From the NCBI RefSeq assembly GCF_988243305.1, contig NZ_OZ547136.1: a stretch of 64,000 nt of DNA, one strand, 5' to 3'. Under the pieces are notes generated by a model that was not told where the DNA came from, ran no database searches, and saw only the letters and a program-made list of their open reading frames with translations. The position numbers were made by a program, and so were the translations under genes. Of the stretch, positions 48,813 through 60,609 are shown in pieces (within the stretch, counting starts at the first letter, position 1; every line of letters begins with the position of its first letter).

Positions 48813-49054
48813 GAGTCGCCGCCTGTGAAAAACTTTCGTGTATCGTGACAATTTTTCGTCAGAGTAAATAACAAAATTCGGCAAGCGCGTTTAAAAGGTG
48901 AGGTAGATCACTAAGAATGGAGAGATATTTACTGTTATGAATAAACTTTCATATGCGACGCATGAATATAAATAAAATAATATCGAGATATTTCATATAC
49001 TGCTTTTTTTATTATTCGTAAACTCAGTAATAAGCTTTACTAATATATTTCAGG

Positions 49055-49087
49055 AAAACCGCTTACCCTGAATATTCAGGGTAAGCG
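49055..49087 (-). terminator. Intrinsic terminator of maeB
   Basis: Perfect 14-bp palindrome cgcttaccctgaat / attcagggtaagcg followed on the minus strand by a T-run, 18 nt after the maeB stop. Confidence 0.75.
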
Positions 49088-49104
49088 TGAGAGTTAAGAA
49101 TGAA

Positions 49105-51384
49105 TTACAGCGGTTGGGTTTGCGCTTCAACCACAGCCAGCGCCACCATGTTGACGATACGACGTACCGATGCGATCGGCGTTAACACGTGAACCGGTTT
49201 CGCCACGCCCATCAGCACCGGGCCGACAGTCACACCTTCCGAGCTGGAAACGCGCAATAAGTTGTAACTAATGCGGGCAGCTTCCATGTTCGGCATCACC
49301 AGGATATTAGCGGAACCTTTCAAAGGGCTGTCCGGCATACGGTCGCTGCGAATCGCTTCCACCAGCGCTGCATCGCCGTGCATTTCACCATCAATCATCA
49401 GTTCTGGTGCACGTTCCCTGACCAGTTCCAGCGCCTGACGCATTTTGCTCGACGACGGGCAGTCAGAAGAACCAAAGTTGGAGTGCGACAACAGAGCCAC
49501 GCGCGGTTCAATACCAAAACGACGAACAGTTTCTGCCGCCATCAAAGTGATCTCCGCCAGCTCTTCTGCGTCTGGTTCGTCATTGACGTATGTATCGGCA
49601 ATAAAGGTGTTACCACTCGGCAGCAGCAGCGCGTTCATGGCACCTGCGGTGTGAACGCCATCGCGATAACCAAAGACATTTTTCACCACGCTAAAATGTT
49701 CATGATAATCGCCCACCGTACCGCAGATCATTGCATCGGCTTCGCCACGCTGAACCATGATTGCGCCGATCACTGTCGGGTTACTGATCAATGCACGCTG
49801 CGCCTGTTCCTGAGTGACACCGCGACGCTTCATGATCTGGAAGTATTCAGTCCAGTACTCTTTAAAGCGCGGATCGGATTCGTTATTGACGATCTCAAAA
49901 TCAACACCCGCTTTGATCTGCAAGCCCAGTTTCTGAATGCGCATTTCGATCACGTTCGGACGACCGATAAGGATCGGTTTCGCCAGCCCCAGCGTTACCA
50001 GTTCCTGAGTGGCATGCAGAACGCGCGCCTCTTCCCCTTCCGGCAGAACGACGCGCTTCGGCGCTTTGCGAGCCTGGGAGAAAATCGGCTTCATAAACAG
50101 GTTGGTTTTGTAAACGAACTCCGTCAGCTTGTCGATGTAGACGTCGAAATCAGCAATCGGACGCGTCGCCACGCCCGACTCCATCGCCGCTTTCGCCACC
50201 GCAGGAGCGATCTTGACGATCAAGCGCGGATCAAACGGTTTTGGAATGATGTATTCCGGACCAAAGCTCAGATCCTGATCGCCATACGCTGAAGCCACCA
50301 CTTCACTCTGTTCCGCATGGGCCAGTTCTGCAATCGCGCGTACCGCCGCCAGTTTCATCTCTTCGTTGATGGCGGTTGCGCCAACGTCCAGCGCGCCACG
50401 GAAGATGAACGGGAAGCAAAGAACGTTGTTCACCTGGTTCGGGTAGTCGGAACGGCCGGTACAGATGATGGCATCCGGACGCACTTCTTTCGCCAGCGGC
50501 GGCAGAATTTCCGGTTCCGGGTTCGCCAGCGCCAGGATCATTGGCGCACGGGCCATTTTCTTCACCATTTCCTGGGTCAGCACTTTCGGGCCGGAACATC
50601 CCAGGAAAATATCCGCGCCTTCAATCACATCATCGAGGGTACGTTTGCCGTCATCCACCACCGCATATGCGGCTTTGGTTTCCGCCATGTTTGGCTCACG
50701 GCCCTGATAGATAACGCCTTTTGAATCGCAAACCACGATGTTATGTTTTTGCAGACCCAGCGCTACCAGCAGGTTCATACAGGCGATTGCTGCGGCACCC
50801 GCGCCGGAAACCACCATTCGCACGTCAGAGATGTTTTTCTCCACCACGCGCAAACCGTTGAGGATGGCGGCAGTGCTGATGATTGCCGTGCCGTGCTGAT
50901 CGTCGTGGAATACCGGAATATTCATCCGCTCGCGCAGTTTCTGTTCAATATAGAAACATTCTGGCGCTTTAATGTCTTCGAGGTTGATGCCGCCGAAGGT
51001 CGGTTCAAGCGCGGCGACGACTTCAATAAATTTGTCCGGGTCGAGTTCATCAACTTCAATGTCAAATACATCAATCCCGGCGAATTTCTTAAACAGAACG
51101 CCCTTGCCTTCCATCACCGGTTTGCCCGCCAGCGCGCCAATGTTGCCTAACCCCAGCACCGCCGTACCGTTAGAGATCACCGCCACCAGGTTACCGCGCG
51201 CGGTATATTTGTAGGCTTTTAACGGGTCTTTTTCGATTTCAAGACAAGGTGCGGCAACGCCTGGTGAGTAGGCCAGCGCCAGATCGCGCTGCGTTGCCAG
51301 AGGCTTGGTTGGAGAAACCTGGATTTTCCCTGGAACTGGAAATTCATGGAAATCAAGTGCACTTTGTTTTAACTGGTCATCCAT
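49105..51384 (-). CDS. maeB: NADP-dependent malic enzyme (malic enzyme + PTA-like C-terminal domain)
   Basis: 759 aa [47 protein letters not shown]... Confidence 0.97.
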   Translation of the reverse strand: MDDQLKQSALDFHEFPVPGKIQVSPTKPLATQRDLALAYSPGVAAPCLEIEKDPLKAYKYTARGNLVAVISNGTAVLGLGNIGALAGKPVMEGKGVLFKKFAGIDVFDIEVDELDPDKFIEVVAALEPTFGGINLEDIKAPECFYIEQKLRERMNIPVFHDDQHGTAIISTAAILNGLRVVEKNISDVRMVVSGAGAAAIACMNLLVALGLQKHNIVVCDSKGVIYQGREPNMAETKAAYAVVDDGKRTLDDVIEGADIFLGCSGPKVLTQEMVKKMARAPMILALANPEPEILPPLAKEVRPDAIICTGRSDYPNQVNNVLCFPFIFRGALDVGATAINEEMKLAAVRAIAELAHAEQSEVVASAYGDQDLSFGPEYIIPKPFDPRLIVKIAPAVAKAAMESGVATRPIADFDVYIDKLTEFVYKTNLFMKPIFSQARKAPKRVVLPEGEEARVLHATQELVTLGLAKPILIGRPNVIEMRIQKLGLQIKAGVDFEIVNNESDPRFKEYWTEYFQIMKRRGVTQEQAQRALISNPTVIGAIMVQRGEADAMICGTVGDYHEHFSVVKNVFGYRDGVHTAGAMNALLLPSGNTFIADTYVNDEPDAEELAEITLMAAETVRRFGIEPRVALLSHSNFGSSDCPSSSKMRQALELVRERAPELMIDGEMHGDAALVEAIRSDRMPDSPLKGSANILVMPNMEAARISYNLLRVSSSEGVTVGPVLMGVAKPVHVLTPIASVRRIVNMVALAVVEAQTQPL

Positions 51385-51672
51385 TTGGTTGTTCCTTTCA
51401 CGTAACGTTCACAAATAAAGTGTGTGGGCAACAGCCCCTGCCCACAACGTGGCGCACATTATTACCTTGCCGGAGTCTACAGACTTTGAGCAAGTCCAAA
51501 CTCTCACCATTAATATAATGTTTTGGTAATAATCCTATAACACTGATGTTACCTGCTTAATCCAGCAATACCATGCCTGTCTGCTATGCTTTTTTGATGC
51601 GTTTAGCGAAATTTCTCAGAAGTGTGAATTAACGCACTCATCTAACACTTTACTTTTCAAGGAGTATTTCCT

Positions 51673-52623
51673 ATGAACGAGTTAGACGGCATCAAACAGT
51701 TCACCACTGTCGTGGCAGACAGCGGCGATATTGAGTCCATTCGCCATTATCATCCCCAGGATGCCACCACCAATCCTTCGCTGTTACTCAAGGCTGCCGG
51801 ATTATCACAATATGAGCATTTAATAGACGATGCTATCGCCTGGGGTAAAAAAAATGGCAAGACCCAGGAACAACAGGTGGTCGCAGCGTGTGACAAACTG
51901 GCGGTCAATTTCGGTGCTGAAATTCTCAAAATCGTACCCGGTCGCGTGTCAACAGAAGTTGATGCACGCCTCTCTTTTGATAAAGAAAAGAGTATTGAGA
52001 AGGCGCGCCATCTGGTGGACTTGTATCAGCAACAAGGCGTTGAGAAATCACGCATTCTGATCAAACTGGCTTCGACCTGGGAAGGAATTCGCGCGGCAGA
52101 AGAGCTGGAAAAAGAAGGTATTAACTGCAACCTGACGCTGCTGTTTTCTTTTGCCCAGGCGCGGGCCTGTGCAGAAGCAGGCGTATTTCTGATTTCGCCG
52201 TTTGTCGGGCGTATTTATGACTGGTATCAGGCACGCAAGCCGATGGACCCGTATGTGGTTGAAGAAGATCCGGGCGTTAAATCGGTGCGCAATATCTACG
52301 ACTACTATAAGCAACACCACTATGAAACCATTGTGATGGGCGCGAGCTTCCGTCGCACCGAACAAATCCTTGCCTTAACCGGCTGCGATCGACTGACTAT
52401 CGCACCGAATTTGCTGAAGGAGCTGCAGGAAAAAGTTTCGCCAGTGGTACGTAAATTAATCCCACCTTCTCAGACGTTCCCACGCCCAGCTCCCATGAGC
52501 GAAGCGGAGTTCCGTTGGGAGCACAATCAGGATGCGATGGCGGTAGAAAAACTGTCTGAAGGCATTCGTCTGTTCGCCGTTGATCAACGCAAACTGGAAG
52601 ATCTTCTTGCCGCCAAACTATAA
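51673..52623 (+). CDS. talA: Transaldolase A
   Basis: 316 aa transaldolase. Confidence 0.96.
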   Translation: MNELDGIKQFTTVVADSGDIESIRHYHPQDATTNPSLLLKAAGLSQYEHLIDDAIAWGKKNGKTQEQQVVAACDKLAVNFGAEILKIVPGRVSTEVDARLSFDKEKSIEKARHLVDLYQQQGVEKSRILIKLASTWEGIRAAEELEKEGINCNLTLLFSFAQARACAEAGVFLISPFVGRIYDWYQARKPMDPYVVEEDPGVKSVRNIYDYYKQHHYETIVMGASFRRTEQILALTGCDRLTIAPNLLKELQEKVSPVVRKLIPPSQTFPRPAPMSEAEFRWEHNQDAMAVEKLSEGIRLFAVDQRKLEDLLAAKL

Positions 52624-52642
52624 ACCAGCCACGGAGTGTTAT

Positions 52643-54646
52643 ATGTCCCGAAAAGACCTTGCCAATGCGATTCGCGCACTCAGTATGGATGCGGTACAAA
52701 AAGCCAATTCTGGTCATCCCGGCGCGCCGATGGGCATGGCTGATATTGCCGAAGTGCTGTGGAACGATTTTCTTAAACATAACCCCACCGACCCAACCTG
52801 GTATGATCGCGACCGCTTTATTCTTTCCAACGGCCACGCGTCGATGCTGCTCTACAGTTTGCTACATCTGACCGGTTACGACCTGCCGCTGGAAGAACTG
52901 AAGAACTTCCGTCAGTTGCATTCAAAAACCCCAGGTCACCCGGAGATTGGCTATACGCCAGGTGTTGAAACCACCACCGGTCCACTTGGACAAGGTTTGG
53001 CGAACGCCGTCGGACTGGCGATAGCAGAGCGTACACTGGCGGCGCAGTTTAACCAGCCGGATCATGAAATTGTCGATCACTTCACCTATGTGTTTATGGG
53101 CGACGGTTGCCTGATGGAAGGTATTTCCCACGAAGTCTGTTCGCTGGCGGGCACGCTGGGACTGGGCAAGCTGATTGGTTTTTACGATCACAACGGTATT
53201 TCCATCGACGGTGAAACCGAAGGCTGGTTTACCGACGATACAGCAAAACGTTTTGAAGCCTATCACTGGCATGTGATCCATGAAATCGACGGTCACGATC
53301 CGCAGGCGGTGAAGAAAGCGATCCTTGAAGCGCAAAGCGTGAAAGATAAGCCGTCGCTGATTATCTGCCGCACAGTAATTGGCTTTGGTTCGCCGAATAA
53401 AGCAGGTAAGGAAGAGGCGCACGGCGCACCGCTGGGGGAAGAAGAAGTGGCGCTGGCACGGCAAAAACTGGGCTGGCACCATCCGCCATTTGAGATCCCT
53501 AAAGAGATTTATCACGCCTGGGATGCCCGCGAAAAAGGCGAAAAAGCGCAGCAGAGCTGGAATGAGAAGTTTGCCGCCTATAAAAAGGCCCATCCGCAAC
53601 TGGCAGAAGAGTTTACCCGTCGGATGAGCGGCGGTTTGCCGAAGGACTGGGAGAAAACGACTCAGAAATATATCAATGAATTACAGGCAAATCCGGCGAA
53701 AATCGCTACCCGTAAGGCTTCGCAAAATACGCTTAACGCTTACGGGCCGATGCTGCCTGAGTTGCTCGGCGGTTCGGCGGATCTGGCTCCCAGCAACCTG
53801 ACCATCTGGAAAGGTTCTGTTTCGCTGAAGGAAGATCCGGCGGGCAACTACATTCACTACGGGGTGCGTGAATTTGGCATGACCGCTATCGCCAACGGCA
53901 TCGCGCACCACGGCGGCTTTGTGCCGTATACCGCGACGTTCCTGATGTTTGTTGAATACGCCCGTAACGCCGCGCGGATGGCGGCACTGATGAAAGCGCG
54001 GCAGATTATGGTTTATACCCACGACTCAATTGGCCTGGGCGAAGATGGTCCTACGCACCAGGCTGTTGAGCAACTGGCCAGTCTGCGCTTAACGCCAAAT
54101 TTCAGCACCTGGCGACCGTGCGATCAGGTGGAAGCAGCGGTGGGCTGGAAGCTGGCCGTTGAGCGCCACAACGGACCGACGGCACTGATCCTCTCCAGGC
54201 AGAATCTGGCCCAGGTGGAACGTACGCCGGATCAGGTTAAAGAGATTGCTCGTGGCGGTTATGTACTGAAAGACAGCGGCGGTAAGCCAGATATTATTTT
54301 GATTGCCACCGGTTCAGAGATGGAAATCACCCTGCAAGCGGCAGAGAAATTAGCGGGAGAAGGTCGCAATGTACGCGTAGTTTCCCTGCCCTCGACCGAT
54401 ATTTTCGACGCCCAGGATGAGGAATATCGCGAGTCGGTGTTGCCTTCTAACGTTGCGGCTCGCGTGGCGGTGGAAGCAGGCATCGCCGATTACTGGTACA
54501 AATATGTTGGTCTGAAAGGGGCAATTGTCGGGATGACCGGCTATGGGGAATCTGCTCCGGCAGATAAGCTGTTCCCGTTCTTTGGCTTTACCGCCGAGAA
54601 TATTGTGGCAAAAGCGCATAAGGTGCTGGGAGTGAAAGGTGCCTGA
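52643..54646 (+). CDS. tktB: Transketolase 2
   Basis: 667 aa from [40 protein letters not shown]; TPP motif GDGCLMEG. Confidence 0.97.
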   Translation: MSRKDLANAIRALSMDAVQKANSGHPGAPMGMADIAEVLWNDFLKHNPTDPTWYDRDRFILSNGHASMLLYSLLHLTGYDLPLEELKNFRQLHSKTPGHPEIGYTPGVETTTGPLGQGLANAVGLAIAERTLAAQFNQPDHEIVDHFTYVFMGDGCLMEGISHEVCSLAGTLGLGKLIGFYDHNGISIDGETEGWFTDDTAKRFEAYHWHVIHEIDGHDPQAVKKAILEAQSVKDKPSLIICRTVIGFGSPNKAGKEEAHGAPLGEEEVALARQKLGWHHPPFEIPKEIYHAWDAREKGEKAQQSWNEKFAAYKKAHPQLAEEFTRRMSGGLPKDWEKTTQKYINELQANPAKIATRKASQNTLNAYGPMLPELLGGSADLAPSNLTIWKGSVSLKEDPAGNYIHYGVREFGMTAIANGIAHHGGFVPYTATFLMFVEYARNAARMAALMKARQIMVYTHDSIGLGEDGPTHQAVEQLASLRLTPNFSTWRPCDQVEAAVGWKLAVERHNGPTALILSRQNLAQVERTPDQVKEIARGGYVLKDSGGKPDIILIATGSEMEITLQAAEKLAGEGRNVRVVSLPSTDIFDAQDEEYRESVLPSNVAARVAVEAGIADYWYKYVGLKGAIVGMTGYGESAPADKLFPFFGFTAENIVAKAHKVLGVKGA

Positions 54647-54670
54647 TGGTGATCGCCGGATGCTGTATGT

Positions 54671-54720
54671 TCCCCTCACCCTAACCCTCTCCCCAGAGGG
54701 GCGAGGGGACGGTCCGTGCG
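54671..54720. repeat. GC-rich dispersed intergenic repeat, copy 2 (between convergent tktB and ypfG)
   Basis: tcccctcaccctaaccctctccccagaggggcgaggggacggtccgtgc, about 94 percent identical to 41278-41328. Confidence 0.8.
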
Positions 54721-54748
54721 CTTTTTAGGGGCGCATCTGGGATTTTGT

Positions 54749-55792
54749 TTAACGGGTGATCCACAACGTGGGCCAGGCGTCTGGCCCATGCCAGTTATCA
54801 CAGGTGGGTTCTGCGGCGTAACGCACCAGGCGAAAACGCTGACCGTCAAAGCGCCAGCGCGCCTGAATGCCACAATCGCTTAATCCGCGCCCTTTTGCTA
54901 AGGTCACCAGTTCACGCGATTTTTCATCGAATGTTGCGTTCATCAGTTCCAGTTCATTCGTCTCCTGACCGCTGTTGAACGGCAAACGTAACCGAACCGG
55001 GCGCGAGGCCAGTGGCTTTTTACGCGACACAATCCAGGCCAAATCAATGGTGTTATAGGCCCCTGCCTCACAGCTAATCATCATCAGCGCTTTATCATCG
55101 GTCAGCGCAGTGACATTTACCTCTCGACGCAATGGATCAAGCGAGCAGCGCAGACCATTCATCCGCCAGTTTCCATAATCCAGCAAATCGTTGCGTTCTT
55201 CGAGTGAGAGTGGCGTCGGCGTTGGGTTAACCACCGCGACCTCTTTCAGCGCAGGCGCGGGCGGTACGCTGAGCGGCGGTTCGTCCCCTTTCTTGATCCA
55301 CGCGGTTTCACTGCCAACGCGCTTTTGCTGAGCATCAATAAACAACAACGCCGCTTTTAAGCCACTCAGAGAAATGGTCTGATTGCCGTCGCGTAAGGTG
55401 ATCGCCTTCCCTTCCTGAATCATCTGCAAAAACGCGGTGATGGTTGCCGTATCATCGGTTACTAATAACCATGGTGAAATCCGCCACTTGTCACCACTTA
55501 ACGCCAACGGCTCGCCATCTAACAGCAGCCGTGGCGCTATCTCCCCTTCAGACGCATCCGGCGACTTCAACCCGCCGCGCTCAATACGTAAAACGGCATC
55601 CGTATGCGCCCCGGCGCTGCGGCTCAGGGTCATCACCAGTCCGTTATGATCGCCCGTATTACGCGCCACGCAGAAGTTTTGGTTATTACAGGTGACCTGC
55701 CAGTCGGAAAACGCCCGTTGCGCTGGTGCCGCCCACACCAAAGACGTCGGCAACAAAGCGAAAAAAAAGAGAAGGAAAATGCGATAGCGCAT
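54749..55792 (-). CDS. ypfG: Secreted protein of unknown function
   Basis: 347 aa with signal peptide MRYRIFLLFFFALLPTSLVWA. Confidence 0.88.
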   Translation of the reverse strand: MRYRIFLLFFFALLPTSLVWAAPAQRAFSDWQVTCNNQNFCVARNTGDHNGLVMTLSRSAGAHTDAVLRIERGGLKSPDASEGEIAPRLLLDGEPLALSGDKWRISPWLLVTDDTATITAFLQMIQEGKAITLRDGNQTISLSGLKAALLFIDAQQKRVGSETAWIKKGDEPPLSVPPAPALKEVAVVNPTPTPLSLEERNDLLDYGNWRMNGLRCSLDPLRREVNVTALTDDKALMMISCEAGAYNTIDLAWIVSRKKPLASRPVRLRLPFNSGQETNELELMNATFDEKSRELVTLAKGRGLSDCGIQARWRFDGQRFRLVRYAAEPTCDNWHGPDAWPTLWITR

Positions 55793-55917
55793 GGACGGTA
55801 CGACCCCAGAAGTTCAAACAAACAGCACAAGTCGTATCTTCGTTGCGCAGGTAGCGCGGCTCAATCGGATTTATCGGATTGAGCCAATAATAAACAACGA
55901 AATATTATTGTTATTTT

Positions 55918-56493
55918 TCAGTCCATTAAATGTGACATTTGCAAATAGTTAAGCAATAACACCGTCTTACCGTCACGTATCTCGCCAGTTTTGATCATCT
56001 CCAGCGCCTTGTTGAACGGCAGCTCGAGCACTTCAATATCTTCATCTTCGACACCGCCACCGGCGTTAGCGCGCTGATTGTCACTGTATTCGGCGATAAA
56101 AAAGTGGATTAGCTCAGTCACACCGCCTGGCGACATATACAGTTCAAATAATTTGCGCACTTCGCCCACTTCATAGCCCGTCTCTTCAATCGCTTCTTTG
56201 CGAATGCACACTTCCGGTTCGTCGTTATCCAGCAGCCCGGCGCAGGTTTCAATCAGCTGCCCGCTTTCATTGCCATTAACCCAGGTAGCGACACGGAACT
56301 GACGAATCAGAACCACAGTCTTTTTCTTCGCGTTGTACAGGAGGATCGTCGCACCATTACCGCGATCGTAAACTTCACGTTTATGGCGGATAACTTCGCC
56401 ATCTTTGCGCGTGAGATCGTAAGTAATGTTGTGCAGGGTGAAATAGTTATCGGAGAGAATTTTGTCTTTAATGAGGGTGATTTGTTGCGTCAT
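55918..56493 (-). CDS. nudK: GDP-mannose pyrophosphatase (Nudix hydrolase)
   Basis: 191 aa from [13 protein letters not shown]...; Nudix box [22 protein letters not shown]. Confidence 0.92.
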   Translation of the reverse strand: MTQQITLIKDKILSDNYFTLHNITYDLTRKDGEVIRHKREVYDRGNGATILLYNAKKKTVVLIRQFRVATWVNGNESGQLIETCAGLLDNDEPEVCIRKEAIEETGYEVGEVRKLFELYMSPGGVTELIHFFIAEYSDNQRANAGGGVEDEDIEVLELPFNKALEMIKTGEIRDGKTVLLLNYLQMSHLMD

Positions 56494-56560
56494 ACCGACT
56501 CCACAGCGCGAAATGAACAATTATCTTACGCTGTGAAGTCGGGTTTGTCTGCGCAGGCTA

Positions 56561-58540
56561 TCAGTGAGATTTGACTGATTTTACCCCCAGCCAGTCAATA
56601 ATCCCCTGTGCCGCATGACGTCCTTCTGCCATTGCGGTAACCACCAGATCCGCACCACGCACGGCGTCACCACCGGCGAAGATTTTCGGATTCGTGGTCT
56701 GATAACGGTACTGGCTTTCCACATCCGCGATGATGCGGCCCCATTTGTCTACCGTTACACCGTGCGACTCCAGCCACGGCATCCCGTGTGGATTGAAGCC
56801 AAACGCCATAATCACCGCGTCGGCTGGCATGACAAATTCACTGCCTTCCACCGGCACTGGACGCCGACGCCCCTGGGCATCCGGCTCGCCAAGACGCGTG
56901 CGCAGGAAACGAATTCCGCAAACGTGACCTTGCTCATTCAGCTCAAGCGCCACCGGCTGGACGTTAAATTCAAAGTTGGCCCCCTCTTCGCGGGCGTTCT
57001 TCACCTCTTTCTTCGAGCCTGGCATGTTAGCTTCATCACGACGATAAGCGCAGGTGACGTTACTCGCGCCGTGGCGCAGCGCGGTACGCACACAGTCCAT
57101 CGCGGTGTCGCCGCCGCCCAGTACCACGACGTTGAGTCCGGCGGTATTGATAAACGGCTCTTCCGGTAGCTCTTCGAGTCCCATCACCTGTTTAGTGTTG
57201 GCGATGAGGAACGGCAGGGCGTCATAAACGCCCGGCGCATCTTCATTGGGTAAACCCGCTTTCATGGAACGGTAAGTGCCTACGCCAACGAAGACCGCGT
57301 CGTATTGTTCCAAAAGCGAATCCAAAGAGACATCTTTACCCACTTCACAATTGAGTTCGAAGTGAATCCCCATCGCGCTGAAGATTTCCCGACGGCGTGC
57401 CAGCAGGGATTTATCCAGTTTGAAAGAAGGAATGCCGAAAGTGAGCAAGCCACCGATTTCTGGATGGCGATCGTACACCGTCACCGCCACGCCATTGCGG
57501 GTCAGAACATCCGCACAGGCCAGCCCCGCCGGACCTGCACCGATAATCGCCACCCGCTTGTCCACTTTGGTGACATGGCTTAAGTCAGGACGCCAACCTT
57601 TCGCCAACGCCTGATCTGAAATGTAGCGTTCAATGTTGCCGATAGTTACCGCACCGTGCTCATCGCGAATAGTACAGGCACCTTCACACAAACGGTCTTG
57701 CGGACAAACACGTCCGGTAATTTCCGGCAGGGTGTTGGTCTGGTGAGAAAGCTCGACGGCGGCGTCGATGTTTCCGGCTTTCACCAGTTCAATCCACTGC
57801 GGAATATGGTTATGCAGCGGGCAGGTCCATTCACAAACGCTGTGCTCGCCGCATTTAAGGCAGCGCGAGGCTTCCCGTTGTGCCTGATCGGCACGGAATG
57901 GCAGATAAATTTCATCAAAACCGGTTTTGCGCGCTTCAATCGCCAGTTTGTCCGGCTCGCCACGCGCGGGCGTTGCCTGCATTTGCTCGACTTTACTCAT
58001 TACCGGCATTTCTTGTGCCGCGGTACTGGCATGCCACGGTTGATGTTCCTGACGTGCGGTGCGCAGGCGGCGGGATTTCGCCATGCCGGAGAGTGCGGCA
58101 TCAGTGACCAGTTGCAGCGCGTCCGCCGGGCAATTCTCGACACAGGCAGGACCGTTTTCGCGCCCTGCACAAAGGTCGCATTTATGCGCCGTGGCTTTTA
58201 CTTTGCCCGCCGCGACGGGTGTCAGGACGATTTGCATCGTACCAAATGGACAGGCCACCACGCAGGATTTACAGCCAATACACTTTTGCTGATTGACCTG
58301 AATGCTGTCATCAACGTGGCTGATTGCGCCATTAGGGCAACTACGGGCGCAGGGCGCATCTTCGCAATGGTGACAGGTCACTGCACTACGTTGCTGCTGA
58401 TGTTTGATAACCGTAATTCGGGGATGAAAATGGTGTTGGCTCAGGACATGTTGCTCATCATTGTGAGCCATGACACAGGCGATTTCACAAGCATGACAAC
58501 CCAGACATTGCTGACTGTTGGCCATAATAAAACGATTCAT
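56561..58540 (-). CDS. aegA: Putative Fe-S oxidoreductase (GltD-like with 4Fe-4S ferredoxin domain)
   Basis: 659 aa; Cys clusters CIGCKSCVVACPFG; dinucleotide-binding GAGPAG. Confidence 0.93.
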   Translation of the reverse strand: MNRFIMANSQQCLGCHACEIACVMAHNDEQHVLSQHHFHPRITVIKHQQQRSAVTCHHCEDAPCARSCPNGAISHVDDSIQVNQQKCIGCKSCVVACPFGTMQIVLTPVAAGKVKATAHKCDLCAGRENGPACVENCPADALQLVTDAALSGMAKSRRLRTARQEHQPWHASTAAQEMPVMSKVEQMQATPARGEPDKLAIEARKTGFDEIYLPFRADQAQREASRCLKCGEHSVCEWTCPLHNHIPQWIELVKAGNIDAAVELSHQTNTLPEITGRVCPQDRLCEGACTIRDEHGAVTIGNIERYISDQALAKGWRPDLSHVTKVDKRVAIIGAGPAGLACADVLTRNGVAVTVYDRHPEIGGLLTFGIPSFKLDKSLLARRREIFSAMGIHFELNCEVGKDVSLDSLLEQYDAVFVGVGTYRSMKAGLPNEDAPGVYDALPFLIANTKQVMGLEELPEEPFINTAGLNVVVLGGGDTAMDCVRTALRHGASNVTCAYRRDEANMPGSKKEVKNAREEGANFEFNVQPVALELNEQGHVCGIRFLRTRLGEPDAQGRRRPVPVEGSEFVMPADAVIMAFGFNPHGMPWLESHGVTVDKWGRIIADVESQYRYQTTNPKIFAGGDAVRGADLVVTAMAEGRHAAQGIIDWLGVKSVKSH

Positions 58541-58745
58541 AACGACCTTCTTTTTTGGTTGTAAAAACCTTATTCTTTATATGAGTGTTGTTATTACCCG
58601 ACTTACAGGGGAATCGGCAATGTTCATGTGCCCAGAATAAGTAACTATTTCGCTATAAACTGTGGCAGATCAAATAATCCCATCACTGACTAAATTGCGT
58701 TTCAGCGAACTGGAACATTAATGATTTTTTGTGGAGAAGACGCGT

Positions 58746-60446
58746 GTGATTGTTAAACGACCCGTCTCGGCCAGTCTGGCCCGGGCCTTTTTTTACATTG
58801 TGCTGCTGTCGATTCTTTCCACGGGTATCGCTCTGCTAACGCTGGCGAGCAGTTTACGCGACGCTGAGGCTATCAATATTGCCGGATCGCTGCGTATGCA
58901 GAGTTACCGCCTGGGCTACGACTTGCAAAGTGGCAGTCCACAACTCAATGCACATCGCCAGTTGTTTCAGCAGGCACTGCATTCACCGGTATTAACCAAT
59001 CTCAACGTCTGGTATGTGCCAGAGGCAGTAAAAACCCGCTATGCGCATCTGAATGCCAACTGGCTGGAGATGAATAATCGGCTCAGCAAGGGTGATTTGC
59101 CGTGGTATCAGGCCAATATTAATAATTATGTTAATCAGATAGACCTGTTCGTACTGGCTTTACAGCACTACGCTGAACGCAAAATGCTGCTGGTGGTGGC
59201 GATTTCCCTGGCTGGCGGCATCGGTATTTTCACGCTGGTCTTTTTTACTTTGCGCCGCATACGCCATCAGGTGGTTGCCCCGCTGAATCAGCTGGTTACC
59301 GCCAGTCAGCGTATTGAACACGGACAGTTCGACTCGCCACCGCTGGATACCAGCCTGCCGAATGAGCTTGGCCTGCTTGCAAAAACCTTTAACCAGATGT
59401 CGAGCGAGCTACATAAATTGTACCGTTCGCTGGAGGCGTCAGTAGAAGAAAAGACCCGCGATCTCCACGAGGCCAAGCGTCGTCTGGAGGTGTTGTATCA
59501 GTGTTCGCAGGCGCTGAACACCAGCCAGATTGATGTGCATTGTTTCCGCCATATTTTGCAGATTGTTCGCGACAATGAAGCGGCTGAATATCTGGAGTTA
59601 AATGTCGGTGACAACTGGCGGATTAGCGAAGGGCAGCCAAACCCGGAATTGCCGATGCAGATTTTACCGGTGACAATGCAAGAGACGGTTTACGGCGAAC
59701 TGCACTGGCAAAATAGTCACGTTTCATCATCAGAACCGCTGCTTAACAGTGTTTCGTCGATGCTGGGACGCGGTTTGTACTTTAATCAGGCGCAGAAGCA
59801 TTTTCAGCAGTTATTGTTGATGGAAGAACGTGCGACCATCGCCCGCGAATTGCACGACTCGCTGGCTCAGGTACTTTCTTACTTACGTATCCAGTTGACG
59901 TTACTGAAGCGTTCGATACCGGAAGATAACGCCACCGCACAAAGTATCATGGCCGATTTCTCCCAGGCGCTGAATGATGCTTATCGGCAGTTACGCGAGC
60001 TGTTAACTACTTTCCGCCTGACGCTACAGCAGGCGGATCTCCCCTCTGCGCTACGTGAAATGCTGGATACGTTACAAAATCAAACCAGCGCCAAACTGAC
60101 CCTCGACTGCCGTCTGCCAACCCTGGCGCTGGATGCGCAAATGCAGGTGCATTTGTTGCAAATTATTCGCGAAGCGGTGCTGAATGCGATGAAGCACGCC
60201 AACGCCAGCGAAATCGCCGTTAGCTGCGTCACTGCGCCGGACGGCAATCACACGGTTTATATCCGTGATAACGGGATTGGCATCGGTGAACCGAAAGAAC
60301 CCGAAGGTCATTATGGTCTGAATATCATGCGCGAGCGCGCGGAACGGCTGGGTGGGACGCTGACTTTTTCACAACCTTCCGGCGGCGGCACGTTAGTGAG
60401 TATTAGCTTTCGCTCCGCGGAGGGTGAGGAAAGTCAGCTGATGTAA
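58746..60446 (+). CDS. narQ: Nitrate/nitrite sensor histidine kinase
   Basis: 566 aa from GTG (MIVKRPVSASLARAFFYIV...); H-box ELHDSLAQ; ORF track starts 5 codons upstream. Confidence 0.95.
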   Translation: MIVKRPVSASLARAFFYIVLLSILSTGIALLTLASSLRDAEAINIAGSLRMQSYRLGYDLQSGSPQLNAHRQLFQQALHSPVLTNLNVWYVPEAVKTRYAHLNANWLEMNNRLSKGDLPWYQANINNYVNQIDLFVLALQHYAERKMLLVVAISLAGGIGIFTLVFFTLRRIRHQVVAPLNQLVTASQRIEHGQFDSPPLDTSLPNELGLLAKTFNQMSSELHKLYRSLEASVEEKTRDLHEAKRRLEVLYQCSQALNTSQIDVHCFRHILQIVRDNEAAEYLELNVGDNWRISEGQPNPELPMQILPVTMQETVYGELHWQNSHVSSSEPLLNSVSSMLGRGLYFNQAQKHFQQLLLMEERATIARELHDSLAQVLSYLRIQLTLLKRSIPEDNATAQSIMADFSQALNDAYRQLRELLTTFRLTLQQADLPSALREMLDTLQNQTSAKLTLDCRLPTLALDAQMQVHLLQIIREAVLNAMKHANASEIAVSCVTAPDGNHTVYIRDNGIGIGEPKEPEGHYGLNIMRERAERLGGTLTFSQPSGGGTLVSISFRSAEGEESQLM

Positions 60447-60521
60447 TGCCTCCGACTGACCAAAGAATACTGGCCCTTAAAGTTCAGTATAAAAGGGCAT
60501 GATAATTTACATTAACTCCTT

Positions 60522-60539
60522 TTTTTCTCCACGATTGGC
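60522..60539 (+). promoter_or_regulatory. BaeR-box-like site in the acrD promoter region
   Basis: TTTTTCTCCACGATTGGC about 70 bp upstream of the acrD start; matches the BaeR consensus TTTTTCTCCATDATTGGC as I recall it, with one mismatch. Confidence 0.6.
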
Positions 60540-60609
60540 TCGTACCTTGCCGCTACAGTGAAGCAAGTCAAGCCTACAACGATACGCAGAAACACGAGGT
60601 CCTCTTTTA

